A DNA stretch of 64,000 nt. It comes from Anthoceros angustus (Eukaryota; Plantae; Anthocerotophyta). Made by a program: the position numbers and the translations under genes. Location: assembly GCA_010909165.1 (NCBI GenBank), contig MU008165.1, positions 186,001 through 250,000 on the forward strand. Reading direction: 5' to 3'. Positions 25,881-36,327 of this stretch are shown here, in pieces (position 1 is the stretch's first letter; each line of letters starts with the position of its first letter). The notes beneath the pieces are model-generated. The model searched no databases. It had not been told where the DNA came from and worked only from the letters and a program-made list of their open reading frames with translations.

Positions 25881-28328
25881 GTGAATATGGCGCTGCCGTT
25901 GCAGCCAGGGCCGCGGGCTGGGCTGCCCGACTCGGGCAACCGAGCGATGAAGCAGCACAGGTCACTGCAAGCTGGTGGGTTGCAGCCGAGCAGGCCAGGG
26001 CCGCTTTCCCACGGAGCCTGGGACTCTCAGGCACGCCCTTCCGCAGTCCGGGCGGGGAAGGGGAGTCCAGGCCACCCTGATTTCAGGTACAAGACTTCCA
26101 GGGACGAGCTGCGGCCGAGGGGCGCGGGCAAGCCCTTGTGGGTGCATTCCCAGCTGGCTGCAAGGGGGGCCGGGGTGGAGGGCTTCGGTTCGGGGAGTGG
26201 GGTTTTGGTGGAAAGATTGAGCAGGCGGCCTGAGGAAGGAGAGCTGGTTGATGCTGTTGGGGAGCTGGACCGACTTGTGAAGCAGGGTTGTGTGATAAGC
26301 GAGTCTCTGTTGTACCGGGTGCTGAAGAGGTGCGTGGCAGAGAAGTCTTTCGTGCTTGGCAGGCGTGTGCATGACCTTTCTTTGAGATGTGGGTACGAGG
26401 GGAACGCGTTCTTGGCTAACCATATTATAGGTATGTATGCCGCTCATGGAAAACTGGAAGAAGCGAAGCGTGTGTTTGCCACCGTCGCTGTGCCCAATGT
26501 CTACATGTGGTCTTCCATTATTTTGGCGTATGCTCGACATGGGCTGCCGGCAGAGGCTATAGGGCTGTATCGTAGAATGCGGGAGTCGACTGTCCAGGCA
26601 GATGACCACATATTTGTGGCAGTTCTCAAGGCTTGTGCTGGTGCATCGGATCTGGCTGCAGGGAAGGAGGTTCATGGTGATGTTGTGGAGAGTGGGACTC
26701 GGGTAGGTGTATTTGTTGGCAACGCTCTGGTGGATATGTATGCCAAGTGCGGGAGCTTGGAAGATGCCTGCCGGCTGTTCGAAGGTATGACATCTAGAGA
26801 TGTGGTGACGTGGACTGCCTTGATCACAGGATATGCACAGCAGGGGATGTGGCAAGAAGCTCTTGATCTGTATGCACGTATGCAGGTGGATGGTATGACT
26901 CCTGGAAATCATTATACTTTTGCCTGTCTCCTCCGAGCTTGTGCTGGGGCTGGAGCACTGCACCAAGGCAAGCAGCTGCATGCACAGATTGAGCGAAGAG
27001 GACTGGAATCTGATCTTGTTGTTGGGAACTGCCTCGTGGACATGTATGCAAAATGTGGAAGTCTAGTGGATGCTCGTAGAGTTTTTGACAGATTGCCCGC
27101 AAGGGATGTGGTGACATGGACATCCATGGTGGCAGGGTACGCTCAGAATGGACTTGCGCAAGAAGCTCTTGATCTGTATACGAGTATGCAACAACAGGGT
27201 GTAACTCCTGCCAATCAGGTCACATTCGTGTGCCTCCTTCAGGCATGCGCTAGTGTAGGGGCCGTGCTTCAGGGTAAGCAGTTACATGTGCAGATAGAGG
27301 AAAAGGGACTAGGAGATGATTTGCTCGTCGGCAATGGCTTGGTTGACATGTATGTTAAATGTGGGAGGCTGGAGGATGCTCGCAGGGTTTTTGAGAGGCT
27401 TCCTACACGTGATGCAGTGACATGGAGTGCTCTGCTCAATGGCTATGCAGAACATGGTGATGCTCTGTCTGCAATGAAATGTTTTGAAGAGATGTGCGAG
27501 CAGGGTTTTGAGCCTACTGAGACGATTTTTATTTGTCTGCTTGTGGCATGCAGTCATGCAGGCCTGGTAAGCGAGGGCCAGGATTATTTTAGGATAATGG
27601 TGGAGGAGTATGGCATTGTGCCCACTGATTACCACTACAACTGCATGGTTGATCTTCTTGGGCGGTCAGGCTGTCTGGACGAGGCAGAGACCTTTCTGCA
27701 GACTAAGCCATTTGATGACCATTCTGTAGCGTGGAGATCATTGCTTAGTGCCTGCTATAGTCATGGTGATGCAGAGCGTGCCAGCCGATGTTTCCAGCAT
27801 CTTGTGGAACTGGAACCTGACAATGCAACAGCTTATGTCCTGATGGGCAACATATATGCAGATGCTGGTAGGTATGAGGATCTAGACCGCGTAGAGAACC
27901 TGAGAAAGGCTGCAGGTGCTTGGAAGAAGTCCGCAAGGGCATGCATCGAGGTGAAGAACAAGGTGCACCAATTTTGTGTGGGAGAGACGAGGTGCGATTT
28001 TCCGGCAATGCTTAGCAATCTTGATGTGAGCGCGATGGAGGAAGGAGGCTCTATGCCACAAACAGGTCTGTTGCTCAAGGCTGTCCCTGATCAGGAGAAG
28101 GAAGATGTCTTGTGCGGGCATGCGGAGATCCTGGCCTTGGCATATGGTCTCCTGAACACCCCAGATGGCACACCTTTGCTGATTACCAAAAATCTGCGCA
28201 TGTGCAATGACTGCCACAGTAGCTCCAAGACCTTGTCACGGCTTGAGAAGAGAGAGATCATTATCAGAGATGCCCACCAAGTACACCATTTCTCAGATGG
28301 GTCTTGTTCATGTCGAGATCATCATTGA
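25881..28328 (+). CDS. Intronless PLS-class PPR protein with E1/E2 and a DYW:KP (DRH-like) deaminase domain; candidate organellar RNA-editing factor
   Basis: 815-aa ORF with ~14 L/S/P motifs (e.g. VFVGNALVDMYAKCGSLEDA, DVVTWTALITGYAQ), P2-L2-S2, E1 and E2. It continues WKKSARACIEV...LCGHAEILALAYGLLNTPDGTPLLITKNLRMCNDCH...HHFSDGSCSCRDHH*. Confidence 0.97.
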   Translation: MNMALPLQPGPRAGLPDSGNRAMKQHRSLQAGGLQPSRPGPLSHGAWDSQARPSAVRAGKGSPGHPDFRYKTSRDELRPRGAGKPLWVHSQLAARGAGVEGFGSGSGVLVERLSRRPEEGELVDAVGELDRLVKQGCVISESLLYRVLKRCVAEKSFVLGRRVHDLSLRCGYEGNAFLANHIIGMYAAHGKLEEAKRVFATVAVPNVYMWSSIILAYARHGLPAEAIGLYRRMRESTVQADDHIFVAVLKACAGASDLAAGKEVHGDVVESGTRVGVFVGNALVDMYAKCGSLEDACRLFEGMTSRDVVTWTALITGYAQQGMWQEALDLYARMQVDGMTPGNHYTFACLLRACAGAGALHQGKQLHAQIERRGLESDLVVGNCLVDMYAKCGSLVDARRVFDRLPARDVVTWTSMVAGYAQNGLAQEALDLYTSMQQQGVTPANQVTFVCLLQACASVGAVLQGKQLHVQIEEKGLGDDLLVGNGLVDMYVKCGRLEDARRVFERLPTRDAVTWSALLNGYAEHGDALSAMKCFEEMCEQGFEPTETIFICLLVACSHAGLVSEGQDYFRIMVEEYGIVPTDYHYNCMVDLLGRSGCLDEAETFLQTKPFDDHSVAWRSLLSACYSHGDAERASRCFQHLVELEPDNATAYVLMGNIYADAGRYEDLDRVENLRKAAGAWKKSARACIEVKNKVHQFCVGETRCDFPAMLSNLDVSAMEEGGSMPQTGLLLKAVPDQEKEDVLCGHAEILALAYGLLNTPDGTPLLITKNLRMCNDCHSSSKTLSRLEKREIIIRDAHQVHHFSDGSCSCRDHH

Positions 28329-29609
28329 TGGATGTCTTGAAGATCAATTTTCTTAGTTCTTCTCTTGGCGGGTTTTATGGAGTATGTGGCCTGCCAGCTT
28401 GCCTCCTTTTTCTAGTGATAGTTGTGAGGGAGGTTTAACCTGCAGCTTGCTCAACATATACCATACATCCTTTCAGTGGTGCACTGTTGACGCAGTCTTT
28501 TCTTGTCATCTGTTCTTGCTGAGCAGTTCACTGCAGTGCGTGCTCCTCAGATCTCACATTTTGGCCAGGCATTTTAGCTGTCCTGCATGTCAAATGTGTT
28601 TGGAGATGAGAGACAAGTCCCTCAACCCTGTTAGTTTCTAATGTGATAGGATCTATCATAAGCCTGCAACCTTGAGGCTGAGCCACTCTGAAAAATATTG
28701 CAGGTAGACTATTCCACTGGTTTGTTGCTTCAGTAGCTGGTGATTGACGTATGAGAGGAGGTCAAATGAAGTCGGGTGAGGGGAGAAGGGGCAAGGAGTT
28801 TTGGAATGGCACTTCGATGGAAGTTTCTAGGCTGAACCTGGTAGCATGTGTCGAGCTGTGCAGAGGTCTGGGGCCCTTTAACTCCTGAATTCTGATGAAA
28901 AGATAATGGCATCCTATCTCATGCAGAACCTTGGTTCCAGAAGTTCAGTATGTCGGCATGGCCTTCTTCAAGTTTTTGCTTAAGACCATGAGCAGGAACA
29001 TGATCATCACGGTACCAGCAATGACTGACCACAGCTACTTGAATTTGCAACAGCAACAAACAGAAGCACTTGCTGTTGGTCTTGGCCAAAAATTTGAAGA
29101 AGAGTGCGAAGACAATCAGTCACATGATTTTTCCTGCAAGGTGGAAGGTTGTGTACAACTCTATTCCTGTGACTGCAGTTTTCTTGTCGCTAGGTGGGTG
29201 GGTGGATGGAATGAGACATCAGGCCTGTCGTGTCCACGTTATACTGATTTTGTGGTAAACGTTGACAGGAAGGACACGAAGCAGCGGAAGTTTCTCCAGA
29301 CTATGTACTTGGCTGCTACATTTAATATGTGTCGTATATGCTTCTGTGTGCTTTGATACAAAGTTCCATGGAGCCTTGTCTCTGATGTCTTATTTCTGGA
29401 CAGTTATGGACTTCCTGTCTCGGATGTGCTTATTTCGGGACAGTGATGGACTACCTGTCTCTGACTTCCTTATTTAGGAATAATGGTGGACCTACAGTGG
29501 GATTCCAGTTTTCGAGCACATGATGCCTCGTCATCAACTTGGAGCGGTTGGGCGACTTCTACCTTCCTCACACTCATCCCCGCCTTGATTCTTTTGCAGG
29601 GAGCAGGAA

Positions 29610-29985
29610 GTGGTATGCCGCTCGGCAACTCGCTGTTGCTGACAGCTGCAAGACTGTTGTTGTGTGTAATGCGGGTCCACATCTCATCCCATGCGTTTTT
29701 GCCGAAATGCATGAAAGTAAGTTCTGGACTGTTGGTTGCACCTCTGTCTATGCAGCCATGTTGATCTTTTTAAAACATTTTTACCTTCATGTTGCAGTTA
29801 CGAGAAATAGTTTTGCTGAAATGCATGAAAGTATGTCCTGGACTGTCGGTTGTACCTCTGTCTATGCAGCCGTTTTGATCTGTTCAAACTATTTTCATGT
29901 TCATGTTGCAGGTACGAGAAACGTTTCACGTCCGAGTGGAGCATCTGACAAAAACATGGCGCAACGATTCGATTCGACTTTGTAG
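29610..29985 (+). other. Unidentified spliced coding relic with a duplicated intron plus 33-nt micro-exon
   Basis: Two 81-nt GT-AG introns (29717-29797 and 29831-29911) that are copies of each other flank a 33-nt exon. The reading frame stays open to TAG at 29985. Confidence 0.4.
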
Positions 29986-30561
29986 TGTCTTGCCCTGCCC
30001 CTAGCAAACGGAGCGTCGAGGTCGTCCTGTTAACAAAACAAAAACCTAATTTAAATGGTGAACTTTGACCTATCTCGTCCGTGAGCATGGGAAAGAACAA
30101 ATGTTTGATAGGACTCCAGCACCCTTACAGTCTTAACCCTTTCTGATCGTAATATTATTGCCCGGGCCGCCGGCCAGTAATTTTTCAGTGATTTGTAAAT
30201 GCACGGTCGTTTCGAGTCGGCTCTGTCCATGTGTGGTTAACCAAGCCCCTTGACGAGTTACGGCGACGCAACACATGGAGCCTATGCCGTCGTCTCGCGT
30301 GGTTGCCTGTCTTCGGGCTAGGCCCTGCGTCTCCTTCGTCTCCCCACCAGGAAGCAGCTAGCTGTGGGAGTGTGTAAGATGCACGCCAGGCGCGGCATCT
30401 GCGATTTTGTGTTGCCCTCAGATCTGCGGGAAACGAAAGGAGGAGCGGCGGGAAGCAGGCAAGACAAAGAGACAGCAGTGGCAGCAGCAGTAGCAGCAGG
30501 AAGAGCAGTGCGGATCTGGATCCAGGCTGCCCGCTGCTAGGGTTGGCTGTGGCTGGGCCAG

Positions 30562-31851
30562 ATGGTTAAGTTAACGATGATCGCTCGTGTAACGGACGGC
30601 CTCCCCTTGGCGGAGGGATTAGATGATGGCAGGACGGAGAGGGACTGGGATGTTTACAAGCAGCAGGCGAAATCCGTGTTTAAGAAGCTGTCGCAGGGCG
30701 CGCATGAGCCTTCCCGCATGTCTGTAGAGACGGGACCGTATTTCTTCCAGTATCCTCTTAGCCTAGGGTAGTAGAGCTGGTTTGGTTGTGTGTGCCAAGG
30801 ATTGAGGCATTGGTGTGGATTCTGGAAAATGCATGCTCGTGGTAGGGTTTGGTGGAGGATTCGTTGGCAGCTCCATGTGGTTCGGATAGGCGGTCGAACA
30901 TAAATTATATTCTGGAGAGTTTCCTGTTTGCCTTGACTGATATTTTCCAGCTACATCATCGAGGGTGGCGTTTGTTATCTTACATTATGTGAACGAGCTT
31001 ATCCTAAGAAGCTGGCTTTTCAGTACCTCGAGGACCTGCAGAAAGAGTTCGAGAAGGTGAACAGGTCGCAAATAGAGACAGTTGCTAGGCCGTATGCGTT
31101 TGTGAAGTTTGGTGAGTATCTTGTCACTTGCACTCAGAGTTCGTGCCATTTCTCTAAAGTTGATACGGCACTGACTGCTGGCTATGCCGTTGACAGTAAA
31201 GTTGCATGCGGTGTTGTGTCTTGCTTCCCTTCTATGGATTGTCGAGCACGGCTAGTTCTGTGTGTTACATCATGACTGTTCAGGACAATGTTGTGGAAGT
31301 TCTCAGGTTTTGTTTGTGGCTGCAGACACCTTCATTCAAAAAACACGGAAGCTGTATCAGGATACTCGAACACAAAGGAACCTTTCTAAGCTAAACGATG
31401 ATCTGTTCGAGGTTCAGCAGATTATGACACGAAACATCCAAGAAGTGCTCGGTATTGGGGACAGGCTTGACCGTAAGTATCAGCGAACAGCAATGACTCC
31501 CCTTATACTTTTAGCCAAGACTTGTTGCTGCATTGGATTTCACATGCCCGGAGAAGGTTGTCCTTCACCAACAACCACAGCGACTTACAGTTTATGAGGC
31601 TCTTTGCAGAGGCGACTCAGAAGTCAAACAGATTAACGAGCGAGTCTCGCCTGTATGTCACCAAGGCGAAGGACCTGAATAGACAGGTAACTGCTACTGC
31701 TGCACCTCGGCATTTCCAACAATCTTTGCGGACCTTTGGTCTCACCGTTTTCATGTGTATGCAGGCATTGATCAAGAAGTGGGCACCAGTGGCCATTGTT
31801 GTCGGCATCGTTCTCCTCATGCTTTTTGCGAGGAGATACTTGTGGGGTTAG
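30562..31851 (+). CDS. SEC22: R-SNARE SEC22 (longin + SNARE + TM), multi-exon
   Basis: [24 protein letters not shown]...[35 protein letters not shown]; [52 protein letters not shown]; C-terminal [19 protein letters not shown]. Confidence 0.97.
30750..30950 (+). other. U12-type GT-AG intron (SEC22 intron 1)
   Basis: Donor GTATCCTCT; branch-like CCTTGAC at 30931-30937, with its A 14 nt before the acceptor TTTTCCAG. Splicing restores FH|YII. Confidence 0.8.
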
Positions 31852-32727
31852 CCCGAATAAACGGCAGTTATCGTTAGACAGTGAGCTTGTTCAGTCGTCG
31901 TGTACTAGACCCCGTTGTCGCACTTACCCTGAATTAACTTCGTCCAAACTGGATTCCCAATTACTCTATTAGGTATATGGTTAGGATTCACCTAAACAAT
32001 TTTCTGTTGAAGGTGGCGGTAACGGCCTGGAGGTCGGCTGAACCCAAACTGGAAGGTGAGAGCGCCTTCACATCTCCTTCCTTCGATCGTCATGGGCCCT
32101 CCTTTGCTGCAGTACCATCCGCCCAAGGACCCGACACTTGTGAAGGGCAATCCGAGATTCATCACCCTCTATTCCACGACGGTATCGCGTCCCTTCCCTT
32201 CACATTCTGCGTCCAATATGGGAAGATGTTGCTCACAAAAATTGCATCCTCTTCCAGTTTCTGTCCCCCGAGAGGGAAGATTATCCAGGGCCGAAGCCAG
32301 GGTTGGGCTACTACAGGGCCCGATGGCACCGAAAGCCATTTGATTTCCCCTTCGGAACCACGCTGTACAGGTTAGATAATTCCTCGTCTCACATTGTGAA
32401 GAAGCTTCCTTCTGCCTGCCACAGCCCACAAAGAATGCAAATTACGCGATGTCTCATCTCCTTCAGCTTGCCCTTCCTGCAGCGAGACCTTCTCCAAGCC
32501 TGCAGCAGAGAGATCAGGCATCTCACCTCATAAATGGAGGTGCCCAAAGGTGAGGGAGGCCAAGCCTGGAGTCACACAGGTGGCCCAGTACATGTCCACA
32601 TACGGCGATATGAATCTGCTGAGATCCAAGGTGGGTGAGGTTGTGAGGCAAGAAATCTAATGAAGAATCTGAGAGGAAAGGACCTAGTGGTTTGATGGAG
32701 GTGACCCTGTGCCTGTGATGGAAGTAG

Positions 32728-33813
32728 ATGCCGATGGTGGATAGTGGCCATGGAGGATTCGGCTCCGGTTTCAAGTTTCCGCCTGATCAGAAGATTGATG
32801 ATTTTGGGGTTCCTATCCCAAGGGTGAGACCCAAGGACCCTGTGATTCCCAAGCCTGTCACTGGACATTATGAGGAGGTTGTCAGACAGGCTCCTGAACG
32901 TTCCTGGTAATTCTCATTTCATCACACCTGCGGTATGCAATGTTGTTCCAGAGAAGCAGTGAACTGCAAGTGCTGATTCGTGATGTCACTTTTCCTGGCA
33001 GGTTGGATAACACGCAACGGTGTATGCCCTCTATGTTGGATGTAAGCCTTGACCTGTGTTCTAGCCCCGTTTGATTATCTTTTCACACATTGCACCTTGA
33101 GAGTGTGTTGCCCTCTGTCCATGCAGCCGAAGTCGATGAGATACCACATGCCAGGCCACCCTCTTTTCATGCCAGGCAGAGAACCGGCTCCCAAGAAGAA
33201 TCTGGAATATCTCAAGCGTGACCTGTACACAGGCCGCCATTGCTTCTCCGACTATGCAGGCATCAAGAAGAGGGTACACTTTTGCGCCGGAGCCTGTGAA
33301 AGTTGTGCAGGGAACACAAGACATTGGTCTACTCACCGTGTGGTGCCTGTGCCCTAGGTGGAGGACGAAGCAAAGCAGGGATTGTGGCCAAAGAAAGAGC
33401 AGCCCAAGGTGTACGTGCGTGGGAAAGAAAACTATAGGGGCAAGTCATGCCCGATTAAGACTGCAGATGACTGTGTGGTAAGTGGAATTGTGAATCACAA
33501 AGCGCAGTTGTGCAAGGATGCTCGGTTGCCCATCTGCAAACTGCTGTTGTTCACACAGGTATTGCGGGGAGTCAAGGGATTCTTCAGTGCAGGGACAAAC
33601 GACACCATTTCGGAGAATGGATTAGTAAGTTACAACTGACCGTAAGAGACATCCGACAATGTGCAGTGGTCAATGCAAAGAGTTCGCAGTACTGACCCAG
33701 TTTGCATCCAGAACAACGCCGAGAGATACTTCGCTGAAGTACGGCCGCTGGAGGGAACTCTGCTCAGTATGAAGGGCTCCAGAGGAATCAAATCCAACTG
33801 GATTCCTCACTGA
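32728..33813 (+). CDS. Uncharacterised small multi-exon protein
   Basis: Consecutive GT-AG junctions keep one frame: ...EVVRQAPERSW|LDNTQRCMPSMLD|PKSMRYHMPGHPLFMPGREPAPKKNLEYLKRDLYTGRHCF...KKR|VEDEAKQGLWPKKEQPK|VLRGVKGFFSAG... A last exon may be ...NNAERYFAEVRPLEGTLLSMKGSRGIKSNWIPH*. A tiny upstream exon at 32534 (MEVPK) is possible. The 3' junctions are uncertain. Confidence 0.55.
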
Positions 33814-34185
33814 GGGACCTATTTCAACATTTACTCGCCGTGTTCCATCTTCGAATGCAAGCAGCGGAGCTGCAAGCAAGTATGCACAGCCTTCACTGTT
33901 TGGGAAGACCCATTGTAAGGATACCCTGTTGCTAGAAACCTACAATGGGCCACTTTTGTTTGTGAGGCAGCTACTTCCTCAGAAGGCAACTTACTCAGAA
34001 GGAAATACTCCTGCCTGCTGTCCTACGCACGAGCAGCAGGCAACCACGGATGTAACACTAGAATTTCTTGGACGGGATGCAGAGTATTGGGGACATCCGG
34101 CGAAGCGGGCGTAAGCCCCAAAGTCCGAAGGCACTTGTAATAATCTACAGTGGCTGCTGCAGTGAGAGAAGGCAGCACAAATTCC

Positions 34186-35010
34186 TCACACAGGAGAGGC
34201 GTGATGAGCACATATGAACCACTCTCCATTCTGCTTCTCGAAGATGTTGGTGGCCACCTGTCTCCCCCAGCTGCTGCCTTGGGATCGTACCATTTCGACG
34301 CATGTCAAGTAGCCCAGCCCGCCCTTGATATGCACTTGAATGTCTTGCAGGTCGAATCTCAGAGGACCCAGCAGCACCAAGCTCCAGCTTTTCACCACCA
34401 TGTCGTAGCCAGTAATGCAGGCCGACCCTGGGTGCACGCAGAACACTGTGTCTGCGTTTAGCCACACTCTCTTCATCAATTCCATGTCCGCTTGAGCAAA
34501 TGCCTCGTAAAACATGGCATTGGTGGCAAGTACCGCAGCCACTTCGTTTTCGTGCAATCGTCTGATCTTGTCACGCAGCACGGCTGCTTGCTCGTAGTTC
34601 TCATACTTGATCGCCGAATGCAACGCCGCTTGAAGTGCCAGGAGATCGTCGTCGGGGTAGCCTTCCTGTGCCTCGATTTTGCCCAATGCACTACAGACTC
34701 TTCTCAGGCCTTTCCTCGCACCCGTGTCCCTGCTAGCTGTGCTGCAGTAGATGCAGTAGCCGCATCAGCTCCATCTCGTCACACCAAATCCACGACCCAG
34801 CAACCAAGATGCAGCAACTTGCATACCTGTGCGGAAACACTTGCAAGCGGGAGGAGAAGACGAAGCAAAGGACATTGCTGAAGGAGATTGCCGTGGGGAA
34901 AGGATTTGCATTTGCTTGCTGCTGCTTGGCAGCAGACGAGCACGGGCGTAATCTTCCTTCCCAGCCGCTGCCACCATGGGCCCGTAGATCCTCACAGCGC
35001 CCTCCGCCAT
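34186..35010 (-). CDS. UVR-domain + SnoaL/NTF2-like protein (At3g09250/SKIP8-like), probable plastid targeting
   Basis: UVR motif LQAALHSAIKYENYEQAAVLRDKIRRL, followed by the SnoaL-like ATNAMFYEAFAQADMELMKRVW...CVHPGSACITGY...W...ATNIFEKQNGEWFICAHHASPV*. Confidence 0.85.
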
Positions 35011-35281
35011 GGCCACTATCTCAAAGGCTAGGTGGATGAATTGCTTTGCATCCAACTTCCTGTTTCCACCATTCCTGGTTAGGGTTAGGGCTTTTCGCAT
35101 CTTGGAGATGAGGATTGCAAGAAACAGATGATGCTTCGAGGCTGGATGCGAGATCGGATCGAAGGTCGTGTTTTTACAGCAACAAGGATCGTGTTTTTAC
35201 AGCAACAAGGATGCAGTTGGTACAGGGATGAGGAGTATAGATCTGGACGAGCGTTCTTTCCTTTGACGGAGCTCTGCGAAA

Positions 35282-36226
35282 ATGGCTATGGCTTCAGGCG
35301 TTTTATCGTCTCCTGGAGGCTTCAGCCTGATCTCGGGGAAGCCCTTACTGGATGGAAGAAGGAGAAGGACGTGGAGCAGGGAAGGCCCGTGGAGGGCGTC
35401 GATGCAGGAGGGGCGGGCAAAGGTGGCTGCGTTTTGCTCAAGGGGAACGATGCTTGAGGATGAAGGCCTGGTTGTTGAGGGAAACCCTGTGGTGAGCCGG
35501 AGGATAGCCACGGCACTGGCAGGATTGCTGCTCTCTAGCACAGCACAAATGTCTCGGGCTGAGCAGGTGGACGATGCCGATGCTGGGCCCTTGAGCTTGG
35601 AACGGTACGACGATGAGAGGGAAGGGTTTACGCTGCTCCGGCCCGCGGACTGGAACAAGGCAAGTGTTCAACACCGACGGGAGCTCAGTCTTGGTTGGAA
35701 GTCGGATTGAGAGAGACAGATCTTGACGTTGAATGCATCAGGTGGAGAAGGCAGGAGCCACTCTGCTGTTCGAGGACCCGGTGACTAGGAGCAACACAGT
35801 GGGCGTGGTGGTGAATCCAGTGCGAATTGCCTCTTTGAAGGATTTCGGAACGCCGGATCAGGTGGCCGAGAGGCTCATACAAGCGGAGAAGAAGAAGGTT
35901 AGGCAGCCTGGAAGTCCGGGTTGTGGCAGGGTGTAGGATTTGGGATGGAGCCTGATGCTGCGTGATGGATGTTCCAGGAAAGCACGAACGACGCCAAGCT
36001 TGTCCGCGTGGGGGAGAGGGACGCCAACGGCAGACCTCTGTACGAGGTGGAGTACTCGCTGGACAGCTCTAGAGGGCAGAAACGGGTGCTGTCGGCTGTT
36101 ACCATAGCCGCCAGGAAGCTCTACATCCTCAACGTCTCCTACAACGAGGCGCCTTCCAATCCGATCCCTCAGGACTTGGCTGTGTCTTTGCAGCGGATCG
36201 TGAACTCTTTCAATCTGCTCATTTGA
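35282..36226 (+). CDS. PPD2: PsbP domain-containing protein 2, thylakoid lumen, 3 exons
   Basis: Bipartite transit peptide with twin-Arg SRRIA...; then LERYDDEREGFTLLRPADWNK|VEKAGATLLFED...GVVVNPVRIASLKDFGTP...LIQAEKKK|ESTNDAK...YEVEYSLDSSRG...KLYILNV. Intron 1 is GC-AG. Confidence 0.92.
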
Positions 36227-36327
36227 GCGCATGTTGTGATTGTTGGGTGATTTCGCCTCGAATGGCAGTTTCAGAGATTAAAACCAAAGCACATCCAAGA
36301 ATCAGGGTTTGTGGAAATTAGGTTGCG

